DNA of 23,974 bases from a bacterium (GTDB taxonomy: Bacteria > UBA8248). The notes under the pieces are model-generated. The model was not told the origin of the DNA, searched no databases, and saw only the letters and a program-made list of their open reading frames with translations. The position numbers and the translations under genes were made by a program. Numbering within the stretch: position 1 is the first letter of the stretch; every line of letters begins with the position of its first letter. Below, one piece after another: positions 1 to 9,754 of this stretch. The DNA is taken from the NCBI GenBank assembly GCA_965202625.1, contig CBDBBI010000005.1, positions 1 through 23,974 of the forward strand, in the 5' to 3' direction.

Positions 1-1
1 T

Positions 2-106
2 GAGGCGCCGTATGTGATGCGCGCGCTTTCCGGCGAGAGCGATTTCTCGAAGCGAATCAAATGGCTTTTGGGCGCGCGATCCGTTTTTCCGGAGAGTGGG
101 ATTTGA
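2..106 (+). CDS. Probable 3' end of an upstream gene (partial, product unknown)
   Basis: Open frame from the window edge, EAPYVMRALSGESDFSKRIKWLLGARSVFPESGI, ends at TGA 104-106. An ATG follows at 108 (TGAaATG), typical operon spacing. Confidence 0.35.
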   Translation, partial: EAPYVMRALSGESDFSKRIKWLLGARSVFPESGI

Positions 107-107
107 A

Positions 108-652
108 ATGCTAGGCCCTCTCCCGTTCTCCGGCGGTCATTCCAGCCGAAAAACCCCCTCGATAGGCTCAGCCGCCAGAGCGCACGGCTATGCGCGCCAT
201 TACCTGTGGAACACGTCTATTTTCTGGGGCGCAGCCTCTTTGGCGTGCATTTCGTTTTGGGGTTTTTGATGGCGGATCGTCCCGTGGAGCGAGGTACCAT
301 CTTCTATTACGCGGCCGTTTCCCTGCTGGGCGGGTCGCTCGCCTATGCGTTTTGGAGAACCTCGCGCGCCCTTCTGGACCTGATGGGGGAGCCCACGAAT
401 TTCGAGGGGCGGGTCGCGTCGAAAACGTCCTATGTCTTCTGGAACAAACTGGCCTTTTTGGAGGAGAAATACTATCTCCAAATCGCTCGGGGCACAGGGA
501 TGCGCCCACTCAATCTCGGAAGCGGAAAAATCGTCGAGGAGGGATGGTTTCTGGCCGCGCAGGGATACCACGCTCTCCTGGTTCGGAATGATCAGGTTCG
601 GGGAACGCTGTATCACAGGACGCGCCTCATCGGCGTCCTCGTCAAGGTATGA
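108..652 (+). CDS. Hypothetical membrane protein, split into 108..269 and 269..652 (frameshifted or translationally coupled)
   Basis: 108..269 ends in a hydrophobic stretch (YLWNTSIFWGAASLACISFWGF). Its TGA overlaps the ATG at 269 of the -1 frame, which gives a second hydrophobic helix (TIFYYAAVSLLGGSLAYAFW) and a soluble beta-rich tail. The track's GTG start at 206 has no Shine-Dalgarno (SD). Confidence 0.5.
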
Positions 653-655
653 GCG

Positions 656-1615
656 GTGTGGAGTCAAGGCGAGAAGACCTATGCGTTGACCTGTCGGGAC
701 GGTGCCAGACGCATGGATTCGTTTCTGGCCCAGAACCTGAGAGCACTCTCTCGCGCGCGCGCACAGGGACTCATTCGAGAGGGCATGGTTTCCGTCAATG
801 GGCGCGTTGAGAGGAAGGTGGCGCAAGGTCTGGAAAGCGGCGCGCGCGTTTTCGTCCGGTTGCCGCCGCTTGCGCCCTCCCGCGTTGCGGCGGAGGACGT
901 CGCTCTCGACGTTCGATACGAGGATGCGCATCTCCTCGTCGTCAACAAGCCGCCGGGCATGGTCGTCCATCCGGGCGCCGGCCAGTGCAAGGGCACCCTG
1001 GCCGCGGCGCTTTTGGGGCATTGCCGCGGGCAGCTTTCAGGCATTGGGGGAGTAGAGCGGCCGGGCATCGTGCATCGACTGGACAAAGATACGTCCGGCC
1101 TTCTGATTGCGGCGAAGACGGACGCCGCGCACAGAAAACTCTCCGCAGATCTGAAGGCGCGCCGCATCCATCGGCGCTATCTGGCGGTTGTCCAGGGCGT
1201 TCCCGCGCAGGGGGAGGGGAGGATAGACGCTCCCATCGGCCGGCACCGCGTCCATAGAACGGCCATGGCGGTCGTGGGGAGCGGTCGCCGCGCGGTGACC
1301 CGCTACGCGATTCACGAGGTGCTCGAAGGCGCGTCCCTCCTCGTGGTGCGGCTTGAGACGGGCAGGACGCATCAAATCAGGGTGCACATGCACTATATCG
1401 GGCACCCCATCGTGGGAGATCCTGTGTATGGATGGGGCCGGTTGCCGAGAGGGCCTCGTAAAAAGATCAAACCCCCTCTTTCGGGCTTGATTGGCAGACA
1501 GGCTCTTCATGCGCACGCATTGGGGTTTCGGCACCCGGTCGAAGGAACGGAACGGGAGCTCGTGGCCGAGCCTCCGTCGGATTTTTTGGGGCTGCTGCGT
1601 CACTTGCGGCGATGA
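656..1615 (+). CDS. rluD: RluA-family 23S rRNA pseudouridine synthase with N-terminal S4 domain (RluD-like)
   Basis: RMDSFL..SRARAQGLI S4 region, NKPPGMVVHP, catalytic HRLDKDTSG, LETGRTHQIRVH, GHPIVGDPVYG, RQALHA. Confidence 0.93.
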   Translation: MWSQGEKTYALTCRDGARRMDSFLAQNLRALSRARAQGLIREGMVSVNGRVERKVAQGLESGARVFVRLPPLAPSRVAAEDVALDVRYEDAHLLVVNKPPGMVVHPGAGQCKGTLAAALLGHCRGQLSGIGGVERPGIVHRLDKDTSGLLIAAKTDAAHRKLSADLKARRIHRRYLAVVQGVPAQGEGRIDAPIGRHRVHRTAMAVVGSGRRAVTRYAIHEVLEGASLLVVRLETGRTHQIRVHMHYIGHPIVGDPVYGWGRLPRGPRKKIKPPLSGLIGRQALHAHALGFRHPVEGTERELVAEPPSDFLGLLRHLRR

Positions 1616-1688
1616 GGCGATGGCCGTCGTTTCCCCCGGACGGCTTCAAATCCATGCCGCGCGGCCTCGTCGAAACAAGCCTCGTTCC

Positions 1689-1718
1689 TTGCCCGCGTCG
1701 TTCGAGATATGCCATAAG
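1689..1718 (+). promoter_or_regulatory. Possible sigma70 promoter for the thiolase cluster
   Basis: TTGCCC (1689-1694), 18 nt spacer, CATAAG (1713-1718) preceded by an extended -10 TGn. Imperfect match. Confidence 0.3.
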
Positions 1719-1832
1719 ACTCCTGGCGAACGGAGACGCCATTCCACTTCGTCAGGACGGTTGCACCCTCTCCTCCGGTTTTTGAAGGTGTCGGGGGAGG
1801 GAAGCCTATCTCTTTGAAAGATGAGGTTTGAT

Positions 1833-3017
1833 ATGAAAGATGTCGTCATTCTCAGCAGCGTTCGTTCTCCAGGCGGGGCCTTCGGAGGTTCGCTCAAGAA
1901 CGTGACCGCTCCGGAGCTGGGCGTTCGCATCGCGCGAGAGGCCATCAAGCGCTCAGGCGTGGCGCCGGAACATTTTGACGAGACCGTCATCGGCCATGGA
2001 TGGCAGGCGGGCGTGGGGCCGAACTCCGCGCGGCTCATCTCCGTGGGCGCGGGGCTTCCCAAGGAGACGCCCGCCTATACGATCAACAAACGCTGCGGTT
2101 CGAGCATCAAGGCCGCCGCCCTGGCCGCTCAGGCGATTCGCGCGGGCGACGCCGAGGTCGTTCTGGCCGGAGGCGTCGAGAGCACGACCAACGTGCCTTT
2201 CGTGAACCCGGGCGCGAGGTGGGGAAATCGATTCGGGCACGCGCGGTTTCTGGATTTGATTTACAAGGATGGCTATGAGGATCCCCTTTCGGGGCAACTC
2301 ATGGGCGCGACGGCTGAAAACCTTGTGGAGCGATACAGCCTGAGCCGCGGCGAGCAGGACGAATATGCGCTCGAAAGCCAAGAGAAAGCCTTAAGCGCCG
2401 TGGAGGGGGGGAAGTTCGCGCACGAGATTGTGCCCGTCGAAATCAAAGGGCGCAAAGGAGAGGTCGTTCTCTTCGATGCGGACGAGACGCCGCGCGGAGG
2501 CCTCTCGATGGAAAAACTGGGCCGGCTCAAGCCCGCTTTTGATGAAAACGGGTCTGTGACCCCAGGGAATTCGTGCTGTCAGGCGGATGCGGCCGCAGCG
2601 CTCGTGTTGGCGTCAAGGAATAAGGCCGAGGAGTTGGGGCGGAAGCCCATCGCCATCTTGCGCGGCTATGCTTCCACGGGCGTGGAGCCTCGGTTGATGG
2701 GGCTGGGCCCCGTCACCGCAATCCCCAAGGCGCTCAAGCGCGCGGGACTCGTTCTTGAGGACATGGACGTAATCGAGGTGAACGAGGCGTTCGCCGCCCA
2801 GGTTATCGCTTGCGAGCGCGAGCTGAAATGGGACAGAAAGAAGTTGAACGTGCATGGCGGGGCGATCGCTCTTGGCCATCCGGTGGGCGCGACGGGCGGA
2901 AAAATTATGGCCACCTGCCTGAGCGCGCTCGCGCAAAGGGGAGAGCGGTTTGGCGTCGTCAGTGCTTGTATCGGCGGAGGGCAGGGGGTGGCCGTCGTCT
3001 TGGAGCGCGTCGCGTAG
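1833..3017 (+). CDS. Acetyl-CoA C-acetyltransferase (thiolase)
   Basis: Catalytic motifs INKRCGSS, NEAFA, HGGAIALGHP, CIGGGQG. ATG 1833 (MKDVVILSSVRSP) follows GAGG; track start is 1821. Confidence 0.95.
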   Translation: MKDVVILSSVRSPGGAFGGSLKNVTAPELGVRIAREAIKRSGVAPEHFDETVIGHGWQAGVGPNSARLISVGAGLPKETPAYTINKRCGSSIKAAALAAQAIRAGDAEVVLAGGVESTTNVPFVNPGARWGNRFGHARFLDLIYKDGYEDPLSGQLMGATAENLVERYSLSRGEQDEYALESQEKALSAVEGGKFAHEIVPVEIKGRKGEVVLFDADETPRGGLSMEKLGRLKPAFDENGSVTPGNSCCQADAAAALVLASRNKAEELGRKPIAILRGYASTGVEPRLMGLGPVTAIPKALKRAGLVLEDMDVIEVNEAFAAQVIACERELKWDRKKLNVHGGAIALGHPVGATGGKIMATCLSALAQRGERFGVVSACIGGGQGVAVVLERVA

Positions 3018-3059
3018 GGGCCGGTGGATTTTCAGAGTTTGGCAAAGCGAGAGGGCGGC

Positions 3060-3923
3060 ATGGAGATCAGAAGAGCGATGGTGGTGGGAGCGGGGGCGAT
3101 GGGTGCGGGAATCGCCCAGGTATTCGCGCAAAACGGGATTCCGGTGTGCCTGACGGACCTGAATGAGGAGACGGTGACGAAGGGGCTCGCCGGCCTGGAG
3201 TCGCGCGCGGCCCAGCGCGTCGCGCGGGGAAAAATGAGCGCGGAGGAGAAAAAAGAAATTTTCTCGCGCATCGCACCCGCCACGGGTTACGCGCAGGCGT
3301 CGGGGGTGGATATCGTCGTGGAGGCGGTTTTTGAGGACATGGGCGTCAAGAAAGAGGTGTTGGCGCGCCTTGATGAAGCGGTGCCCGAGCGTGCTATTCT
3401 CGCGTCGAATACGACCTCTCTGTCCATCACCGAGATGGCGTCGGCCACGTCGAGGCCGGAGAGGGTGGTGGGCTTGCATTTCTTCAATCCCCCCGTGGCG
3501 ATGAAACTCGTGGAGATCATGCCGGGCTTGCGCACGTCCGAGGAGACGGTGGAATCCGCGCGCGACCTGGTTGAGCGGCTCGGCAAGGCGCCCGTCGTCG
3601 CGAACTTCGACAGCCCCGCCGGCGTCGCGAGCCGCGTGTTGGCGGGAATGCTGAATGAAGCGGTGGAGGTGTATGCGGATGGTCTGGCGTCGGCCGAGGA
3701 CGTTGACAAGGCGATGCGGATGGGCGCGGGACTGCCGATGGGCCCTCTTGCGCTCATTGACTTGATAGGCGTGGACATTCATCTCGCCAAGACGGAGACG
3801 CTTTATCGCGAACTTGGAGATTCGCGCTATCGTCCCCATTTCCTGCTGCGCCAGATGGTCAGGGCTGGCCGTTTGGGCCGGAAGACGGGGCATGGCTTCT
3901 TCGCCTATGGCGAGGAGGGATGA
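3060..3923 (+). CDS. 3-hydroxyacyl-CoA (3-hydroxybutyryl-CoA-type) dehydrogenase
   Basis: Rossmann VVGAGAMGAGIAQ, VEAVFE, ASNT, GLHFFNP (catalytic His), PMGP, GRLGRKTGHGF. ATG 3060 follows GAGGG; alternative GTG at 3024. Confidence 0.93.
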   Translation: MEIRRAMVVGAGAMGAGIAQVFAQNGIPVCLTDLNEETVTKGLAGLESRAAQRVARGKMSAEEKKEIFSRIAPATGYAQASGVDIVVEAVFEDMGVKKEVLARLDEAVPERAILASNTTSLSITEMASATSRPERVVGLHFFNPPVAMKLVEIMPGLRTSEETVESARDLVERLGKAPVVANFDSPAGVASRVLAGMLNEAVEVYADGLASAEDVDKAMRMGAGLPMGPLALIDLIGVDIHLAKTETLYRELGDSRYRPHFLLRQMVRAGRLGRKTGHGFFAYGEEG

Positions 3924-3939
3924 AGCCCCGGGAGAAACA

Positions 3940-5091
3940 ATGGACTTTGAACTCAACGCCGCCCAACGGCTGATCAAGGAAACGGCGGCGGAGTTCGCCC
4001 GAAGGCGCATCGCGCCCGTGGCCCGAGAGAATGACGCGAAGGAAAGGTTTCCCGCCGACATCGTCGAGGAGATGGGGAGGTTGGGAATGTTCGGCGGGCC
4101 TGTTCCGGAGGAATACGGCGGCGCGGGCCTGGATTACGTTTCCTACGCCATCCTGAATGAGGAGATAAGCAAGGCGTGCAGTTCGGTTCGCACCGTTCTT
4201 TCGGTGCAGATCTCTCTTGTCGCCGCCACAATATCGAAATGGGGAAGCGAGGGGCAGAAGAGAAAGTATTTGCCCAAACTCTGCTCCGCGGAATGGATGG
4301 GCTGCTTCGGCCTCACGGAGCCCGACGCGGGTTCGGACGCGCAGGGTTTGAAAACCTTCGCGGAGAAAACGCCGGGCGGCTGGAAACTCAACGGCCAGAA
4401 AATATGGATCAGCAACGGCGGCGTCGCGCAGTTGGCGCTCGTGATCGCACAGACGGACCGTGAGAACCCTCGAAAGATGGCGGCGTTTCTGGTGGAGACC
4501 GACGCGCACGGCTTCGAAGCGAAAACGATGCGCGGCAAGCTGGGGCTCAGGAGTTCGAACACGGCGGAGCTTTTCTTGGCGGACGTGGAAGTGCCCGACG
4601 ACGCGCTGATGGGAGAGGTGGGCGATGGCTTTCAGGTGGCGATGGGCGCACTGGACAACGGACGTTATTCGGTGGGAGCGGGTTGTCTGGGAATTGCGAA
4701 AGGCGCCTTGGAGGCGTCCGTCGCATACGCGAAAGAGCGCCGCGCGTTTGGGAAACCCATCGCGGCACATCAACTCGTGCAGGATATGATCGCCCGAATG
4801 GTCGTTGATGTGGATGCGAGCAGACTTTTGCTATACCGGGCGGGCGAGCTGAAAAACGCGGGCAAGCCGAACACGCGCGAGACCTCCATCGCCAAGTATT
4901 ATTGCAGCGAAGCGGCCCTGCGATGCGCGAATGACGCCATTCAAATTCATGGGGGCATGGGCTATAGCAACGAGTATCCTGTGGAGCGTTATATGCGCGA
5001 CGCCCGCGTGGCGACGATTTATGAGGGGACCAGCCAGATTCAGAAGCTCATCATCGCTGGGCATGAAACCGGAATCCGCGCGTTTTCCTAG
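3940..5091 (+). CDS. Acyl-CoA dehydrogenase
   Basis: GGAG SD then MDFEL; FGLTEPDAGSD, LNGQKIWISNG, KLGLR, RRAFGKPI, IQIHGGMGY, IYEGTSQIQ (catalytic Glu). Confidence 0.95.
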   Translation: MDFELNAAQRLIKETAAEFARRRIAPVARENDAKERFPADIVEEMGRLGMFGGPVPEEYGGAGLDYVSYAILNEEISKACSSVRTVLSVQISLVAATISKWGSEGQKRKYLPKLCSAEWMGCFGLTEPDAGSDAQGLKTFAEKTPGGWKLNGQKIWISNGGVAQLALVIAQTDRENPRKMAAFLVETDAHGFEAKTMRGKLGLRSSNTAELFLADVEVPDDALMGEVGDGFQVAMGALDNGRYSVGAGCLGIAKGALEASVAYAKERRAFGKPIAAHQLVQDMIARMVVDVDASRLLLYRAGELKNAGKPNTRETSIAKYYCSEAALRCANDAIQIHGGMGYSNEYPVERYMRDARVATIYEGTSQIQKLIIAGHETGIRAFS

Positions 5092-5227
5092 GAGAATGGT
5101 TTTCCGGTTCGCTGAAATGCGCTTGCGCGCATTCTGAAAAATGAGAACGAAAACCCTTGAAATCCATCTCGATACGGGGTAAGGCTCGTGAGGAGTCGAA
5201 ATTCCGGCGGAATGCGAGAGGCTGTGC

Positions 5228-6337
5228 ATGGCGAGCGACAAAAAAGGGTTGCGTAAAACGCCTTTATACGAAACGCACGTGGCGGCTGGTGCCAGAATGA
5301 CGCCGTTTGCCGGTTATGAGATGCCGGTGCAATACACGGGCGTGATGGATGAGCACCATGCGGTGAGAGGCGCCGCCGGTTTGTTTGACGTGAGCCACAT
5401 GGGCGAGTTTGAGGCGCGAGGAAAGTCGGCAGGCGCTTTTTTCCATAAAATGACGACAAACAACGTCTTGAGGCTTGACGTGGGGCGCGTCCTGTATGCG
5501 GTCATGTGCAGGGATGGGGGCGGAATCGTGGACGACCTCACGGTGTATCGGCTCGAAGAGGATCGCTACATGGCCGTCGTGAACGCGGCGAACCTCGATA
5601 AGGATTGGGAATGGATGGTTTCTCATCATGCCGAGGCGTGCGATTTTCGGAACGTGAGCGACGAGACGGCCCTTCTCGCTCTTCAGGGCCCGAAATCAGA
5701 ACCCATCCTGGAGAAATTGATTTCGACGGGAGGGGGCCTCGCCTCCATCCCCTACTACGGCGCGCGGCGTCAAGACGTGGCGGGCTACGAGGTTCTCGTG
5801 TCTCGCACGGGCTATACGGGAGAAGACGGCTTTGAGTTGTATTGCGAATCGACTGACGCACCGCTGCTCTGGGACGCTTTGATGTCCGAAGGGCGGGGGG
5901 AGGGGCTGAAGCCTTGCGGTCTGGGCGCGCGCGATACCTTGCGCACGGAGATGAAATTTGCCTTATATGGAAACGACATTGACGAATCCACCAACCCGCT
6001 CGAAGCGGGGCTTGGCTGGGTGGTCAAATACAAGGCGGGAGATTTTGTCGGTCGGAAGAAATTGCTGGCGCTCAGGGATGCGGGCGTGAGCAGAAAACTG
6101 GTTGGATTCGAAATGGCGGATCGGGGCATTCCCAGAAGCGGGGCGCCCATTTTGATCGCCGGAAAAGCGGCGGGTCGCGTCACGAGCGGAACGATGAGCC
6201 CTTCCCTTGGCAAGCCCATCGGTATGGGCTACGTTCCTGCGTCAAGCGCGCATGAAGGCGCCGATATCGAAATCGACATTCGAGGCAAAACCAGGCGCGC
6301 GCAGATAGTGAAAACGCCTTTTTACGAGAAAACCTGA
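5228..6337 (+). CDS. gcvT: Glycine cleavage system aminomethyltransferase T
   Basis: [65 protein letters not shown]. Confidence 0.97.
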   Translation: MASDKKGLRKTPLYETHVAAGARMTPFAGYEMPVQYTGVMDEHHAVRGAAGLFDVSHMGEFEARGKSAGAFFHKMTTNNVLRLDVGRVLYAVMCRDGGGIVDDLTVYRLEEDRYMAVVNAANLDKDWEWMVSHHAEACDFRNVSDETALLALQGPKSEPILEKLISTGGGLASIPYYGARRQDVAGYEVLVSRTGYTGEDGFELYCESTDAPLLWDALMSEGRGEGLKPCGLGARDTLRTEMKFALYGNDIDESTNPLEAGLGWVVKYKAGDFVGRKKLLALRDAGVSRKLVGFEMADRGIPRSGAPILIAGKAAGRVTSGTMSPSLGKPIGMGYVPASSAHEGADIEIDIRGKTRRAQIVKTPFYEKT

Positions 6338-6405
6338 CGGAACGCATTTCGTTTTCTTGTGAGAATCCGAACCTGCTGTCATCTAAAAGGGAGGCATTCA
6401 GGAGC

Positions 6406-6795
6406 ATGGAACTACCAAGCGGCCTTAGATATTCTAAAGAGCACGAATGGGTGAAAGTAGAGGGGGACGTTGTGTTGATTGGGATAACCGACTTCGCTCA
6501 GGCGGAGCTCGGGGACGTGGTATACGTCGAGCTGCCAGAAGTCGGCGCGGAAATAGAGGCGCACAACACTTTTGGAGTGGTGGAGAGCGTCAAGGCGGTC
6601 TCCGATCTCTACGCTCCGGTCTCGGGCGTCATCACCGAGGTGAACAATGCGCTGGAGGATGAGCCTGAACTCGTGAACTCCGGCCCCTATGAGGAGGGCT
6701 GGATGATTCGGGTGGAGCTCAAGGACGAATCCGAGCTGAACGATCTGTTGGACGCCGATTCGTATCGCTCGGTCATTGAAGAGGAAAGCGTCTGA
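6406..6795 (+). CDS. gcvH: Glycine cleavage system H protein
   Basis: [26 protein letters not shown], lipoyl-Lys motif [16 protein letters not shown]; AGGAG SD. Confidence 0.97.
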   Translation: MELPSGLRYSKEHEWVKVEGDVVLIGITDFAQAELGDVVYVELPEVGAEIEAHNTFGVVESVKAVSDLYAPVSGVITEVNNALEDEPELVNSGPYEEGWMIRVELKDESELNDLLDADSYRSVIEEESV

Positions 6796-6865
6796 TTTCC
6801 GCCTGTTTTCTCTTTCGCGTTTGAACGGGTTTTTCATCACGATCATAACCTGAAGGTGCGCGTTC

Positions 6866-9754
6866 ATGCCCGAATCTCGCCTGTCGCTCGAAAGCCTTGA
6901 GGAGCGGGGAGAATTTGTTCGTCGCCACGTCGCGCCGGGCGATGAGGACGTCGAGCGAATGCTCGGGGCGATTGGCCTGGGCTCTCTGGGCGAGCTGGTG
7001 GAAAAGGCCGTGCCTTCGTCCATCGTTTCCCCGACGAAACTGAATCTCGACCCGCCGAGGACGGAGCAGCGGGCACTGGCGGATTTGGGCTCTTACGCGC
7101 GTCGGAACCAGGTGTTCAAGTCCATGCTCGGCATGGGGTATTCGGATTGCTACACGCCCACGGTGATTTTGCGAAATATTCTGGAAAATCCGGCGTGGTA
7201 TACGGCGTATACCCCATATCAGCCCGAAATATCGCAGGGGCGCATGGAGGCGCTTCTGAATTTTCAGACCATGGTGATGGACCTCACCGGCATGGAGCTC
7301 GCCAACGCCTCCTTGCTGGATGAGGGGACGGCCGCCGCCGAGGCGATGACCATGGTGATGAACGTGAGCAAGAACAGGGGGCGTCGATTTTTCGTATCGA
7401 AAGAGTGTCACCCCCAGACGATAGAAGTGGTCCGAACGAGGGCGGCGCCTCAAGATATTGAGGTGGTGGTGGGCGATCATCGGGAGGGTGCCCTGGATGA
7501 GGACGTTTTCGGCGTCCTGCTCCAATATCCCGCGACGAGCGGCGAGATATTCGACTACGCGGATTTTACGGATAAAGCGCATGGGGCGGACGCCCTTGTC
7601 GTCGTCGCCGCCGACATTCTCAGTCTGGCGCTTCTCAAGCCCCCTGGGGAGTTCGGAGCCGACGTCGTCGTCGGAAATTCGCAGCGCTTCGGGGTTCCCT
7701 TTGGTTTTGGCGGACCGCACGCGGCCTATCTGGCCACGAGGGAGAAGTATAAGCGCGCCATGCCGGGCCGCATCGTCGGCGTGTCCATAGACGCCAATGC
7801 GTCCCCCGCCCTCAGGCTCTCCTTGCAGACGAGGGAGCAGCACATACGCCGGGAACGCGCCACGAGCAATATATGCACGGCCCAGGTCCTCCTGGCGGTC
7901 GTCGCGAGCATGTATGGCGTCTACCACGGGCCGCAAGGCGTCAGGAGAATCGCCCAAAGGACGCACCGCCTCGCCAGCGTGCTGGGCGAGGGCTTGACGC
8001 GCATGGGCTTCCTTCTGGCGGCGGACGCGTATTTCGATACCGTGGCCGTGCGCGTGGAAAGAGGCGCCGCTGTTCAGATCGTCGAGAGAGCGGCGCGGTG
8101 CCGGATGAATCTCAGACAGCTTGATGATGACGCCGTTGGCGTCGCCCTGGATGAAACCACCCAAAAAGAAGACGTGGAGCGGCTTTGGGAGGTTTTCGCT
8201 CCGGAGCGGTCAGCCGAGATATCGTTTGACGACTTGGAGGCGAAAGCGGCGGATAAAATCCCTGAGTCACTGGAAAGAACCTCTCCCTATATGACGCATC
8301 CGGTTTTTCACGCCTACCATGCAGAGCACGAGATGCTGAGATACATCTACCGCCTTCAGGAGAAAGACGTTGCCCTCACGCGCTCCATGATTCCCCTTGG
8401 CTCCTGCACCATGAAGCTGAACGCCACCACCGAGATGATTCCCGTGACGTGGAAGGAATTTGGCGGACTCCATCCATTCGCCCCGGAAGAACAGGCACAA
8501 GGGTATCGGGATTTTATCGCTGATCTGGAGAACATGCTGACGGAGATCACGGGGTTCGACTCTATTTCGATGCAACCCAACTCTGGTGCGCAGGGCGAAT
8601 ACGCCGGGTTGCTGGTCATTCGTAAATACCATGAGAGCAAGGGCGAGGGGTATCGAAACGTCTGTCTGATACCGAGCTCCGCCCACGGGACGAATCCCGC
8701 CAGTGCCGTCATGGCGGGTTTTGAGGTGGTGATCGTCGCTTGCGATGCGGACGGAAACGTGGACGTCGGCGATTTGCGGGACAAGGCGGAGAGGTTTTCA
8801 GAAAAACTGGCCGCCTTGATGATCACTTATCCCTCTACGCATGGCGTTTTTGAGGAGGGCGTGGTGGAGATTTGCGATATTGTCCATAAAAACGGCGGTC
8901 AGGTGTATATGGATGGCGCGAACCTCAACGCGCTGGTGGGCATATGCAAGCCTGGCGAGTTTGGACCGGACGTCTCTCACATGAACCTTCACAAGACGTT
9001 TTGTATTCCTCATGGAGGCGGGGGCCCTGGCATGGGCCCCATCGGCGTCGTGGAGCATTTATCTCCCTATCTCCCGAAACACTCGGTGGTTGCGGACGCG
9101 GGCCCGGAGACGGGCATCGACGCGATTTCCGCGGCGCCTTGGGGAAGCGCAGGCATATTGCCTATTTCTTGGGCGTATATCGCCATGATGGGAGACGCGG
9201 GCCTCGTCAAGGCGACTCAGGTGGCTATTTTGAATGCGAATTACGTGGCGAAAAGGCTCGAGCCGCATTATGCGGTTTTATACAAAGGGGTGAACGGCAT
9301 GGTGGCCCATGAGTGCATCATCGATGTCCGCCCCCTGGAGGAGACCTCGGGCGTGACGAATGAGGACGTCGCCAAACGCTTGATGGATTATGGCTTCCAT
9401 GCGCCTACCATGTCTTTTCCCGTGGCGGGAACCTTGATGATTGAGCCGACGGAGAGTGAATCGAAAGAAGAGCTGGATCGTTTTTGTGATGCGATGATCG
9501 ATATCAGGGAAGATATTCAGGGAATTGAGGACGGGGTAACGAGCCGAGAGGACAACGTTCTCAAAAACGCGCCCCACACGGCGTCCGACATCGCCTCCGA
9601 TGAGTGGCCCCACCCCTATTCGCGCGAAAAAGCGGTTTTTCCGTTGCCTTGGGTGCGCTCGGCGAAATACTGGCCTCCCGTGAAAAGGGTGAACAACCCC
9701 TATGGGGACAGAAATTTGATTTGTTCCTGTTTGCCCGTTGAAAGCTATGCGTGA
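6866..9754 (+). CDS. gcvP: Glycine dehydrogenase (decarboxylating), single-chain P protein
   Basis: 962 aa; [51 protein letters not shown]-Lys motif [25 protein letters not shown]. Confidence 0.98.
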   Translation: MPESRLSLESLEERGEFVRRHVAPGDEDVERMLGAIGLGSLGELVEKAVPSSIVSPTKLNLDPPRTEQRALADLGSYARRNQVFKSMLGMGYSDCYTPTVILRNILENPAWYTAYTPYQPEISQGRMEALLNFQTMVMDLTGMELANASLLDEGTAAAEAMTMVMNVSKNRGRRFFVSKECHPQTIEVVRTRAAPQDIEVVVGDHREGALDEDVFGVLLQYPATSGEIFDYADFTDKAHGADALVVVAADILSLALLKPPGEFGADVVVGNSQRFGVPFGFGGPHAAYLATREKYKRAMPGRIVGVSIDANASPALRLSLQTREQHIRRERATSNICTAQVLLAVVASMYGVYHGPQGVRRIAQRTHRLASVLGEGLTRMGFLLAADAYFDTVAVRVERGAAVQIVERAARCRMNLRQLDDDAVGVALDETTQKEDVERLWEVFAPERSAEISFDDLEAKAADKIPESLERTSPYMTHPVFHAYHAEHEMLRYIYRLQEKDVALTRSMIPLGSCTMKLNATTEMIPVTWKEFGGLHPFAPEEQAQGYRDFIADLENMLTEITGFDSISMQPNSGAQGEYAGLLVIRKYHESKGEGYRNVCLIPSSAHGTNPASAVMAGFEVVIVACDADGNVDVGDLRDKAERFSEKLAALMITYPSTHGVFEEGVVEICDIVHKNGGQVYMDGANLNALVGICKPGEFGPDVSHMNLHKTFCIPHGGGGPGMGPIGVVEHLSPYLPKHSVVADAGPETGIDAISAAPWGSAGILPISWAYIAMMGDAGLVKATQVAILNANYVAKRLEPHYAVLYKGVNGMVAHECIIDVRPLEETSGVTNEDVAKRLMDYGFHAPTMSFPVAGTLMIEPTESESKEELDRFCDAMIDIREDIQGIEDGVTSREDNVLKNAPHTASDIASDEWPHPYSREKAVFPLPWVRSAKYWPPVKRVNNPYGDRNLICSCLPVESYA

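Noticed and set aside
644-700. TGA read-through or selenocysteine fusing the first ORF to in-frame rluD
   Set aside because: No convincing SECIS. RluD is complete by itself and has an AAGG upstream of its GTG.
1616-1660. GGCGATGG resembling the start of a fluoride riboswitch
   Set aside because: The downstream conserved elements (AAAC, TRATG, CTAC) are missing and the gene context is wrong. Only a GCCGTC/GACGGC hairpin is present.
2613-4061. Long minus-strand ORFs (also 200..1021, 3859..4773, 6773..8164, 13406..14263, 15316..16236)
   Set aside because: They are antisense shadows of well-supported + strand genes in GC-rich DNA, rich in Arg/His/Ala with no recognisable motifs.
5092-5227. Glycine riboswitch upstream of gcvT
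   Set aside because: The GGAGA...CCGAAG...CTCTCAGG core is absent and the spacer is too short for a tandem aptamer.
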